Shown: positions 1 to 8,026 of the stretch, one piece after another
Layout of the letters: each line of letters starts with the position of its first letter
Position numbering within the stretch: the first letter of the stretch is position 1
Source of the DNA: an uncultured Candidatus Saccharibacteria bacterium
GTDB lineage: Bacteria > Patescibacteriota > Saccharimonadia > CAILAD01 > GCA-016700035
Assembly (NCBI GenBank): GCA_964432055.1
Contig: CAYSMD010000002.1
Coordinates: 1-53,862 of the forward strand
Direction: 5' to 3'
Length of the DNA stretch: 53,862 nucleotides
Notes under the pieces: model-generated
What the model was told of the DNA's origin: nothing
What the model saw: only the letters and a program-made list of their open reading frames with translations
The model's database searches: none
Program-made: the position numbers and the translations under genes

Positions 1-927
1 GTGCGAAATATTGTCGTGATTCACGTAAATAATCAGTATGTGCGCCGTGGCGAGATAATTGCCAAAGAGCTCATCGCGAGTACCGACATTACGGAGACCG
101 TGCGAGAAAAAGGCGAGATGACGCGAGAGCATATGGCGCAAGCGCTTGCCACCGCACAGAGCTCTAGTATGCCGGATCCTGATCCAGCGCTGGCTAAGCT
201 CGGCTCGAAAAAAGCTTGGCTGCCGATTTATGAGAACATTGTCGGAGTCGAAGCTCCTGCCGAAGAGGAAAATGTGCAGCCGAAAATTAATCGCGATGCT
301 ATTAGGGAATTTATAAGTGGGCTCGAGTATCCTCTGTATTTTCTCGACTACGAGACGATGTCGGCCGTGGTGCCGTACTTTGACGGTCACCGCCCGTACC
401 AGCAGGTGCCATTTCAGTATTCGCTGCACATTCTGGAGTCGCCAGATGCAGAGCTAGTCCAGAAGGAATATTTGCACCGTGAGAACTCAGATCCATCCCG
501 GCCACTCACTGAGCAGCTGCTACAAGACATTGGCGACAAGGGCTCGGTCATCGTGTGGTTTGAAGACTTTGAAAAGTCCCGCAACAGTGAGCTGGGCGAT
601 ATGCTGCCTGAGTATAAAGAGGCGATGGAGGCGATTAATGATCGCGTGGTAGACCTCATCGTGCCATTCAGGCAGAAATGGTATGATGATCCGCGCTTTC
701 ACGGCAGTGCGAGCATTAAGAACGTCTTGCCGGTGCTGTGCCCGCATCTGTCATACAAAGAACTCGGCATCCAGGAGGGTGGCTCGGCGCAGCGGCTCTG
801 GATGGAAGCAGTCCTCGATGAAAAGCGCGCCGAGCAAAAAGAGCAGATTCTCAATGATCTCATCGAGTACTGCAAGCTCGATACGCTGGCGATGGTCGAG
901 ATATATAATGTACTAAAGGGGCTCTAG
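1..927 (+). CDS. DUF2779-type protein, C-terminal RNase-H-fold exonuclease-like part (5' end truncated by window edge)
   Basis: The ORF is open from nt 1. YPLYFLDYETMSAVVPYFDGHRPYQQVPFQYSLH and the C-terminal EYCKLDTLAMVEIY fit the DUF2779 / DnaQ-like DxE...YxxxD pattern as I recall it. Confidence 0.7.
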   Translation: MRNIVVIHVNNQYVRRGEIIAKELIASTDITETVREKGEMTREHMAQALATAQSSSMPDPDPALAKLGSKKAWLPIYENIVGVEAPAEEENVQPKINRDAIREFISGLEYPLYFLDYETMSAVVPYFDGHRPYQQVPFQYSLHILESPDAELVQKEYLHRENSDPSRPLTEQLLQDIGDKGSVIVWFEDFEKSRNSELGDMLPEYKEAMEAINDRVVDLIVPFRQKWYDDPRFHGSASIKNVLPVLCPHLSYKELGIQEGGSAQRLWMEAVLDEKRAEQKEQILNDLIEYCKLDTLAMVEIYNVLKGL

Positions 928-1329
928 ATGGTCGGTCATTATACAGCCAAAAAATTAACCGAGGCGATCCTCAAAGATATCGACTTTGATGATGTTGTGT
1001 ACGCTGAATATGCTTCACTTGGCGCAATGGGTAACTCCGGAGGCGTCACGATGTATGCTCGTCAGGATGATAAGATGATTCGCTATCGGACAAACATTCG
1101 AGAAGATGAAGCTACGTTTGTCGCCTTCGATAAAGCAATTGGGCGTAACAAGGATAAATTCTTGAATTATTACGGTGGCGCGGGTAACTATGTTTTCATA
1201 CATAAGCGGTCAAACATCATAGAAGACGATGTGCAAGAGTGCTTTTTAATCATTGATGGACAAAACGAATTCCGAATAGATAGTACATGCCGTGGTGTAT
1301 TTTTGAGTGTTTCGGCTAGAATGAAATGA
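928..1329 (+). CDS. hypothetical protein (133 aa)
   Basis: The ATG abuts the upstream stop (TAGATG at 925-930). It is co-directional with its neighbours. No motif recognised. Confidence 0.45.
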   Translation: MVGHYTAKKLTEAILKDIDFDDVVYAEYASLGAMGNSGGVTMYARQDDKMIRYRTNIREDEATFVAFDKAIGRNKDKFLNYYGGAGNYVFIHKRSNIIEDDVQECFLIIDGQNEFRIDSTCRGVFLSVSARMK

Positions 1330-1345
1330 GAAGTAAGGCTATAAG

Positions 1346-1756
1346 ATGCTAGATATTTCCGAGATTAATACTTCCTTTGGCGGTGGACGTGAGCCCAAAG
1401 ACGAGCATCTGATCGACTTATTGATGAAGGCTTACAAAGGTGAAATTTTGTGTCGCAAAGCCATTGTTCCGATGGAGTTAATACAGCCATTTTCTGATTA
1501 TCTACCTGCGGCGAACGAGGCCTATGAAAAGTATTTTGCCGAGAGGTATAAGGCGATGGATCCACCGCAGCTATTCGTCTATGAAAAAGATGGTAAGTTT
1601 ATTATGAGCGATGACTACTATGCGTATTATTTGTACAAAGCAGTGAATGCCCCTCTCGCGCTTTGTACTGTGATTGGGGATACGACAATTACCGACAATG
1701 TTAAATACGGGGACCCATTTCAGTTGCCTCCTCCTACCGCCGAGGTAATTGAGTAG
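1346..1756 (+). CDS. hypothetical protein (136 aa), possibly a degenerate ParB/Srx-like fold
   Basis: PQLFVYEKDGKFIMSDDYYAYYLYKAVNAPLALCTVIG loosely resembles the ParB N-domain pattern (v..dG.y.lidG.hR..A....g...i.a.v) but lacks the GxxR/H residues. This is a tentative reading. Confidence 0.45.
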   Translation: MLDISEINTSFGGGREPKDEHLIDLLMKAYKGEILCRKAIVPMELIQPFSDYLPAANEAYEKYFAERYKAMDPPQLFVYEKDGKFIMSDDYYAYYLYKAVNAPLALCTVIGDTTITDNVKYGDPFQLPPPTAEVIE

Positions 1757-1759
1757 GCC

Positions 1760-2299
1760 ATGAGTGGTATAGTTCTTGAAGTAAAACAAGGCGACATTAC
1801 AGAGCTTGCAGTAGATGCCATTGTAAATGCCGCAAATTCAACACTCCTTGGTGGTGGTGGCGTGGATGGCGCCATTCATCGAGCCGCCGGGCCACAGTTG
1901 GTCGAATTTTGTCGTACACTCAACGGCTGTAGTGTAGGAGAAGCAAAAATTACACCAGGCTTTGACTTGCCGGCACGCTATGTCATACATACCGTAGGCC
2001 CTATCTATGGCGAAGAAGGCGGGCGAGAAGATGAGTTGCTGTACTCATGCTATCGCAACTCAATCTTGCTTGCTCATCAGAATAGACTGAAGACTATCGC
2101 AATACCCGCCATCTCTGCGGGAGCTTACGGTTTTCCGCTCGAAGATGTTGCATCAATTGGTATTCGCGCAGCTTTCGAGGCACTCAAAGACATTCCCTAC
2201 GGAGCAATAGAGAAGGTGATATTCGTTACTTTTTCAAATGAAGCTACAGAATTGTTCGACGCATCAATGGTGGGTTTTACCGGTGACGAGCTTGACTAA
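1760..2299 (+). CDS. Macro domain protein (MacroD/YmdB-type ADP-ribose or O-acetyl-ADP-ribose hydrolase)
   Basis: [35 protein letters not shown] ... YVIHTVGP ... [14 protein letters not shown] is the classical macrodomain signature. The ATG lies 4 nt after the upstream stop. Confidence 0.9.
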   Translation: MSGIVLEVKQGDITELAVDAIVNAANSTLLGGGGVDGAIHRAAGPQLVEFCRTLNGCSVGEAKITPGFDLPARYVIHTVGPIYGEEGGREDELLYSCYRNSILLAHQNRLKTIAIPAISAGAYGFPLEDVASIGIRAAFEALKDIPYGAIEKVIFVTFSNEATELFDASMVGFTGDELD

Positions 2300-3230
2300 C
2301 AGCTCCCAATTTTCGAACTGGACTTTGCCAACTACTGACCTCTTGACGTCAACGGCATCTTTCAAAGCTCCTCATGGTAGACCTTTTGTATCGCTGGAAA
2401 AAATTCTCAGCACCGAAGAGCTTACGCGGACGTCGATACCAATTGGCGTAGACGCCGACGGTGAACTTTGGATGCATGACCTCTCAGGATCAGCGGGAAT
2501 CCTTGTTGCGGGCATCACCGCTTCTGGTAAATCGGTATTTCTTGATACGACTTTAGTAAGTTTGCTATACCATAACACACCAGATGAGATGGGATTTATT
2601 CTTATTGACGCAAAGCGATGTCAGTTTGCTAATTTTAAAGATATTCCACACCTGCTTGCGCCAATAATTTATGATGTGCCCCAAACCATGGCGGTTTTGC
2701 GCTGGGTAATCAAAGAATTAGAGCGTAGATATCAGATTTTGGCCAAAAGTAACTGTCGCAATATCGAACAGTATACGATGCATGGCAATTTGCGTGATAT
2801 GCCACGTATCGTGCTGCTGCTTGATGAATGCTCTGATCTCATGGTCTTAGCAGGGGATGAAGCTGAATCGCTCATTGTGCGGATTGGTCAGCTTTCTCGA
2901 GCCGTTGGAATAAGTCTCATCATGACTACCTCACGCCCTAGTAGTGAAGTCCTCAGGCATATCATCCGCGCGAATTACCCTGATCGGCTGGCGTTTACGA
3001 CAGCATCTAGGGTGGATTCAGAAAACATCTTAGAGGCACCGGGCGCGGAGAAGTTACTTGGAAAAGGCGACGCACTCTATATGGGACAGGATGAAGAGGG
3101 ATTTCAGCATGTTCAAGCGCCTTACATCGAGCAAGATGATATTGTGAAGGTTACAAAGTTCATTAGAGGCCAAGCTCGGCCAAGCTATAACCCTTCTCTA
3201 CATATCCGCCTGATGGTTGAAGATAGCTAA
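2238..3230 (+). CDS. FtsK/SpoIIIE-family ATPase, motor beta-domain only (no TM region, alpha or gamma domain); start uncertain
   Basis: Walker A is AGITASGKS (2508-2534) and Walker B is [49 protein letters not shown] matches the FtsK beta-domain. The listed ATG overlaps the Macro gene by 62 nt. In-frame alternative starts are GTG 2283 and TTG 2325. Confidence 0.85.
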   Translation: MKLQNCSTHQWWVLPVTSLTNSSQFSNWTLPTTDLLTSTASFKAPHGRPFVSLEKILSTEELTRTSIPIGVDADGELWMHDLSGSAGILVAGITASGKSVFLDTTLVSLLYHNTPDEMGFILIDAKRCQFANFKDIPHLLAPIIYDVPQTMAVLRWVIKELERRYQILAKSNCRNIEQYTMHGNLRDMPRIVLLLDECSDLMVLAGDEAESLIVRIGQLSRAVGISLIMTTSRPSSEVLRHIIRANYPDRLAFTTASRVDSENILEAPGAEKLLGKGDALYMGQDEEGFQHVQAPYIEQDDIVKVTKFIRGQARPSYNPSLHIRLMVEDS

Positions 3231-3232
3231 GA

Positions 3233-3307
3233 ATGAACATCTGCATCGATATTGACGGAGTGCTGTTTGCGAATGAGCACAATGCAGCAAACTACGCGCA
3301 TAAGTAA
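3233..3307 (+). pseudogene. 24-codon remnant of a HAD-superfamily phosphatase/nucleotidase N-terminus
   Basis: ATG-initiated MNICIDIDGVLFANEHNAANYAHK* carries HAD motif I (DxDGVL) and then stops. msrA starts 37 nt later. Confidence 0.35.
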
Positions 3308-3343
3308 TTTGCTGATATTATTGAGTTGAACAGGGAGCATACA

Positions 3344-3865
3344 ATGAAAGTAATTCTAGGCGGTGGGTGTTTTTGGTGCTTGGAGGCTGCCTATCAGATG
3401 GTGCGTGGTGTTGAGCGGGTGCACTCTGGCTATGCGGGTGGCGACACGCCGAACCCGAGCTACGAAGCAGTTGTGCAGGGCGACACTGGTCATGCTGAGG
3501 TTGTGGAGATAGATTTTGACGAAGCACTGGTCTCGCTAGAGAATATTTTGAATATTTTTTGGACAGTGCATGATCCAACCTCTTTAAATCGCCAGGGTGC
3601 GGACGTCGGAACGCAGTATCGGTCGGTAATTTTTTATGCCGATGAAGAACAAAAACAGGCTGCCGAAGCGTCACTCAAAGCAGCTCAGAAATTATGGGAT
3701 AAGCCGATTGTGACCAGCATTGAGCCATTGGACACGTTTTATCCGGCCGAAGACTATCACAAAGATTACTTTAAAAATCATCCTGAACAGGCGTATTGCC
3801 AAATAGTGATAAATCCTAAGCTCGCCAAGCTGCGTAAACTCCACCACGACTTGCTCAAAGGGTAA
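3344..3865 (+). CDS. msrA: peptide-methionine (S)-S-oxide reductase
   Basis: GGGCFWCLEAAY active-site motif plus GHAEVVEIDFD and HDPTSLNRQG. ATG 3344 is preceded by GGGAG (3333-3337). Confidence 0.95.
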   Translation: MKVILGGGCFWCLEAAYQMVRGVERVHSGYAGGDTPNPSYEAVVQGDTGHAEVVEIDFDEALVSLENILNIFWTVHDPTSLNRQGADVGTQYRSVIFYADEEQKQAAEASLKAAQKLWDKPIVTSIEPLDTFYPAEDYHKDYFKNHPEQAYCQIVINPKLAKLRKLHHDLLKG

Positions 3866-3888
3866 AAACCCCACATATTTCTTAGACT

Positions 3889-4938
3889 TTAATCAGTAGA
3901 TTTAGCCTGAATACGCTTAGCCACTACACCAATTTCTTTGGACATATCTTTACGGGCCACTACGATACCGTTTGGCGTATTGACGACGACGATGTTATCA
4001 AGCCCAATGACGGCGAGCGGTTTGTCTTCGTGATTTTCGATAAATGAATTTTCGACGCCATCTATTTCGATGCGATCACCTAAGCTATGGTTGCCGGCCT
4101 CATCACTAATGGCGGCCTTATGAAGATCGGCGTACGAGCCTAAATCCATCCAATCGAAAGCCGCTGGCACAACCAAGAGATCGGGGACTTTTTCAATCAG
4201 CGCATAATCAATGGCAATATCTTCAAGTGCTAAGTAGGCTGCTTCGTAGTCGTCTGGGCTCTTGGCCTCTTTGAGCGTCGTGAAGCCGGTATGCAGTTCG
4301 GGTGAGTTTTGCTGCATGGCCTCATGAAATGCTTGAGGGGTAGCGACAAAATACCCGCAGTTCCAGAGATAATTACCGCTTTGAATGTAGCTTTGGGCAG
4401 TATCAAAATCTGGCTTTTCGTGAAACGCCGCTACGTTATAGACGAAGCGTTCATCATTATGAATATCACCTTTTTCGATATAGCCAAAGCCAATCGAAGG
4501 TTGGTCTGGCTCAATGCCGATGAGTACAATGCGGTCGGTTTCTTGCGCGATGTCTTCAGCGATCTTAAAGGAATGACTAAAGCCTTTTGTATCGCGGACA
4601 AAGTGATCGGCATGGATAAAGGCGATAGGTTCATTAGCGTCAGTATGCCGAGCGATTCGTTCCAGACCGGCAATAATGCAGCTAGCCGTACCGCGACGAG
4701 CTGGTTCGATGACTATCTGCTCTGCATTGAGCTCAGGGAGTTGTTCGGCAACGTGGCGTGAATGACTGGCATCAGTTATGACATATACTTGTGAACTTAT
4801 TTTTTTTACGCGGCTATAGGTATTTTGCAGAAGAGACTTTGTATCACCATTTACCTTGAGGAGGTGCTTGGGGTAGTTATTTGTAGAGAGTGGCCAAAGC
4901 CGAGTCCCAGAGCCTCCAGCAATAATTACGCTAATCAT
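3889..4938 (-). CDS. mannose-1-phosphate guanylyltransferase-type sugar nucleotidyltransferase (349 aa, no cupin/PMI domain)
   Basis: MISVIIAGGSGTRLWPLS is the N-terminal G-loop, with WNCGYFV further in. Start chosen at the Met preceding the G-loop (4938), not the longest ORF start (5124). Confidence 0.85.
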   Translation of the reverse strand: MISVIIAGGSGTRLWPLSTNNYPKHLLKVNGDTKSLLQNTYSRVKKISSQVYVITDASHSRHVAEQLPELNAEQIVIEPARRGTASCIIAGLERIARHTDANEPIAFIHADHFVRDTKGFSHSFKIAEDIAQETDRIVLIGIEPDQPSIGFGYIEKGDIHNDERFVYNVAAFHEKPDFDTAQSYIQSGNYLWNCGYFVATPQAFHEAMQQNSPELHTGFTTLKEAKSPDDYEAAYLALEDIAIDYALIEKVPDLLVVPAAFDWMDLGSYADLHKAAISDEAGNHSLGDRIEIDGVENSFIENHEDKPLAVIGLDNIVVVNTPNGIVVARKDMSKEIGVVAKRIQAKSTD

Positions 4939-5106
4939 AGAAGTGATTGTAGCAAAGTTTGATTCCAGGTGCGAAATAGGGGATGAGACCCAGCGCCAGA
5001 AGAGACAGGTCGTTAATAGTAGTGAATAACGCGTCGTGCCCGTTTGCGGCTGGACTGACTTAAGCTGTATATTAAATCTAGATAAGCAACAGTGAGGGAA
5101 ACAAAA

Positions 5107-6846
5107 ATGTCTATCACGCGACAACCGAAGAACCTGCTCGCCAGCTGGAAGAATATCACGCCAGGTACTGACGTCTTAGCTGGAATTACGATAGCTGCCC
5201 TGGCAATCCCTCAAGCCATGGCTTACTCGCAGCTCGTGGGAGTGCCCGTGAACGTTGGGCTGTTTACGGCGGTTGCTGCTATGCTCATTTATGCACTATT
5301 TACGTCTTCACGTCGGGTAATTGTGGGGCCAGACGCAACCATGGCGATTATGGCTGGCGCGGCAATTGCGCCGCTTGTGAACGGCAATATTGTCGTGGCG
5401 AGTTTTTTCTCAGCGATTCTGGCGCTTTTTGTCGGCGGCCTACAACTCATTGGTTCGGGCTTTGGTCTACACTATCTCGCGACCTTTTTATCTCGCCCGA
5501 TTTTGCTTGGTTATTTAGCTGGCGTATCGCTAGTGCTAATCTTTGATCAGATCCCGAAGATGCTGGGTATTGCAGCCGGCGGTGAGAATGTATGGAAAAA
5601 CATTGTCGCAATTGTCTCGAACCTCTCTTCCATCCATCTGCCGACGGTAATTCTGAGCTGCATATTGCTTGCTGTGGGAGTTTTAATGATTCGCTATCTT
5701 AAGTCTGTACCGATCGCGATTGTGCTGTTGATTGGCTCTACGATTGCTTCAGCGGCACTAGGTTTTGCTGATATGGGTATCGCTACGGTTGGTCCGATTC
5801 CGAGCGGATGGCCACAAATTACCGTTCCAACCAACTTTGACTGGAGTAGTCTGTATCTGTTGGTGTGGCCGGCGGCGGCGATTGCGCTGATTTCGTACGC
5901 GGATTCGGTAGCGATTGCGCGGTCGGTGGCATCGAAAAACCGAGAGGAAGTTTCGAGTCAAACCGAACTCAAAAGTATTGGCGTGGCTAACCTTGCGGTT
6001 GTGCCGGTGGGAGGTATGCCAATTTCGGCCAGTGTGTCTCGTACCTTGGTAAACGATAACATTGGTGCGTCATCTCAATGGTCGCAAATCTTTGGCGCCA
6101 TCATTATTGCTGCCGCCATTTGGCTGCTCTCGCCGTTTTTGCAATATATTCCGAAGGCGGCGCTTGCTATCATCATTATTCTGTCGGCGTATAAGATCTT
6201 TGACTTGGATGAGCTCGATGCAATCTGGCGCGGGTGGCATACCGAGGCATTGCTCGCGATTGCAACGCTGCTAGGTGTGGCTATATTAGGCATTTTGCCC
6301 GGTATAGGCTTGGCTATTGTGCTCGCAATTATTAACCTCGTTCGTACACACGCCTTTCCTCACGACGCCACACTCGGCGTTACAAAAGACGGGCTGACTT
6401 TCCGCGACACCTCTCGGCCACCAAAAACTTTTGACACTCCAGGCCTGATCATTTACCGCTTTGACGCCCCTTTGTTTTTCGGGAATGCCGATTATTTTCA
6501 TGACCGAGTAATACATTTCATTAACCAGAGTCCCGATCGGGTCCGTTGGCTCCTAATAGACGCCGAAGCGATTTCGAGCATTGATTCGACTGGGGCAAAA
6601 ATGCTCAAGAGCCTCATTTTCGAGCTCGAAGATCTGGGAATTATCGTGGCGACCGCTCGTGTGAAAGGTCCAATTCGAGACACCTTGCGACGGACTGGCT
6701 TGGGCGCCCGTTTGGAAAATCGGCCCCGGTTTGCTTCAATTGGTAAAGCTTACGGCGCGTATTGTGAACGATATAATATTGATCCGCTCAAGGATGTGAT
6801 TGATGTCGATGTGCCTGCTCCAAAGAAAAAGCTATCGAAAAGATGA
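5107..6846 (+). CDS. SulP-family anion (sulfate) permease with C-terminal STAS domain
   Basis: The multi-TM body carries AIPQAMAYSQLVGVP. The C-terminal IIYRFDAPLFFGNADYF...IDSTGAKML is STAS-like. ATG 5107 follows GAGGGA. Confidence 0.9.
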   Translation: MSITRQPKNLLASWKNITPGTDVLAGITIAALAIPQAMAYSQLVGVPVNVGLFTAVAAMLIYALFTSSRRVIVGPDATMAIMAGAAIAPLVNGNIVVASFFSAILALFVGGLQLIGSGFGLHYLATFLSRPILLGYLAGVSLVLIFDQIPKMLGIAAGGENVWKNIVAIVSNLSSIHLPTVILSCILLAVGVLMIRYLKSVPIAIVLLIGSTIASAALGFADMGIATVGPIPSGWPQITVPTNFDWSSLYLLVWPAAAIALISYADSVAIARSVASKNREEVSSQTELKSIGVANLAVVPVGGMPISASVSRTLVNDNIGASSQWSQIFGAIIIAAAIWLLSPFLQYIPKAALAIIIILSAYKIFDLDELDAIWRGWHTEALLAIATLLGVAILGILPGIGLAIVLAIINLVRTHAFPHDATLGVTKDGLTFRDTSRPPKTFDTPGLIIYRFDAPLFFGNADYFHDRVIHFINQSPDRVRWLLIDAEAISSIDSTGAKMLKSLIFELEDLGIIVATARVKGPIRDTLRRTGLGARLENRPRFASIGKAYGAYCERYNIDPLKDVIDVDVPAPKKKLSKR

Positions 6847-6903
6847 AGACTGATCGCTACATGGTGCGCAGCTGTTGGTTGCACTTGATTATGAGTGTGA
6901 ATA

Positions 6904-7455
6904 ATGACGAATAAAACGAGTAGAAAACAGCTACACGTTTACGTTGTGCAGCTCTTTCCGCCGGCTCGGCAACTGTTGATTAATTTCGAGCTTCCTAGTA
7001 AACATTCATCCAAGCTATCTCAACTGCGCCGTCATAAGGGACTCGAGAGAGCTATATTGCGCCCAGATTTAGCTGGGAGTAGCGAAGCGATGACGACAAA
7101 GGCTATGAAAGAATATTGCTCAAATCTCATAGCTGAGCTCTTGGACGCGGGCTACGAACCAATTGCTGGTGGCGCCTTACATGATCATTGTTGGCGAACC
7201 TACGTCATACACGTCGACTCACCTGATAGTAATTCGCTCTACGTCGGGCAGACACATTATCCGGTTGAGATTCGCTTCAAGCAGCACCAGTACGGGATCA
7301 GAAGTGCGCGAATATTTCATAAGCATTCGCCTCACTCTTTGGCGTATGAATTATTTGATGGCGGAACCTATGATAATCAAGCTGCGGCCATTGCGGCTGA
7401 ACAAGCCTTGGCAGATAGTCTGAGAAAGAAGGGATTTGCCGTAAAGAGCAGTTAG
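6904..7455 (+). CDS. GIY-YIG (YhbQ/UPF0213-like) nuclease-domain protein; start uncertain (alternative ATG 7090 with GGGAG upstream)
   Basis: WRTYVIHVDSPDSNSLYVGQTHYPVEIRFKQHQYG ... AAEQAL fits the GIY..YIG..R..H...E spacing. Confidence 0.6.
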   Translation: MTNKTSRKQLHVYVVQLFPPARQLLINFELPSKHSSKLSQLRRHKGLERAILRPDLAGSSEAMTTKAMKEYCSNLIAELLDAGYEPIAGGALHDHCWRTYVIHVDSPDSNSLYVGQTHYPVEIRFKQHQYGIRSARIFHKHSPHSLAYELFDGGTYDNQAAAIAAEQALADSLRKKGFAVKSS

Positions 7456-7464
7456 TCTGTTATT

Positions 7465-7489
7465 GTCACCCTTAGAGCTGAAGGGTGAT
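7465..7489 (+). terminator. hairpin downstream of the GIY-YIG gene (weak intrinsic terminator candidate)
   Basis: GTCACCCTT-agagctg-AAGGGTGAT gives an 8 bp stem plus one G-U pair. It is followed by a moderately T-rich tail. Confidence 0.4.
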
Positions 7490-7564
7490 GCTCTATTCAT
7501 CCATGAAAGTCTGCGCTGCAATCCGATCGCTAGTGCAAAAACCTCGCCCCAAGATTCCAGATTA

Positions 7565-7580
7565 TGTGAGATAATTCACA
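7565..7580. promoter_or_regulatory. perfect CRP-type palindrome TGTGA-GATAAT-TCACA
   Basis: Read directly from the sequence. It lies in the 182-nt gap upstream of the 7638-13635 co-directional genes. Confidence 0.5.
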
Positions 7581-7637
7581 GATACGCCCTGAGGGGATAG
7601 GTAGTATTGAAGTATACAAATTAACGAAAGGGACCAT

Positions 7638-7925
7638 TTGAAAAAGATTTTGCTCGTTTCTCAACTCATGAAATATTTTGGAAAGAACAGTCCGCAGCTT
7701 AAGAAGGCTGGTATTGTGGCTGCAGTGTTAGTGGCTGCATTGTTTGGTCTAGCCGCAGTACTGGTGGTTGCAGTGATCGCGCTGCTATTCCAAGTATTTT
7801 CTAATACGAGTATCTCTCTCGACGTTAATCAACTCGTTCAGCAATTTAACACCTGGGTGGGTAGTCTCTTTGGCGCCGGTCAGGACGCACTGGAAAATGC
7901 TCCTGTACAAATTCAAGTAAACTAG
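7638..7925 (+). CDS. small single-pass membrane protein (TTG 7638 or ATG 7668 start)
   Basis: Contains the hydrophobic helix GIVAAVLVAALFGLAAVLVVAVIALLF. No recognised family. Confidence 0.5.
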   Translation: MKKILLVSQLMKYFGKNSPQLKKAGIVAAVLVAALFGLAAVLVVAVIALLFQVFSNTSISLDVNQLVQQFNTWVGSLFGAGQDALENAPVQIQVN

Positions 7926-8026
7926 CCCTCGATCGTGCCGGCCCTCCGCCACCGTCTGCTACCAGGCGCCCAATAAATCATCATTTTCTCTTCAATACCA
8001 CGCCCAAAGGCTGATATAATGCCCTT

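Noticed and set aside
4939-5124. N-terminal 62-codon extension of the nucleotidyltransferase ORF
   Set aside because: The extension is Cys/Trp-rich and precedes the canonical MISVIIAGGSGTRLWPLS N-terminus. It would also overlap the SulP start region. Start set at 4938.
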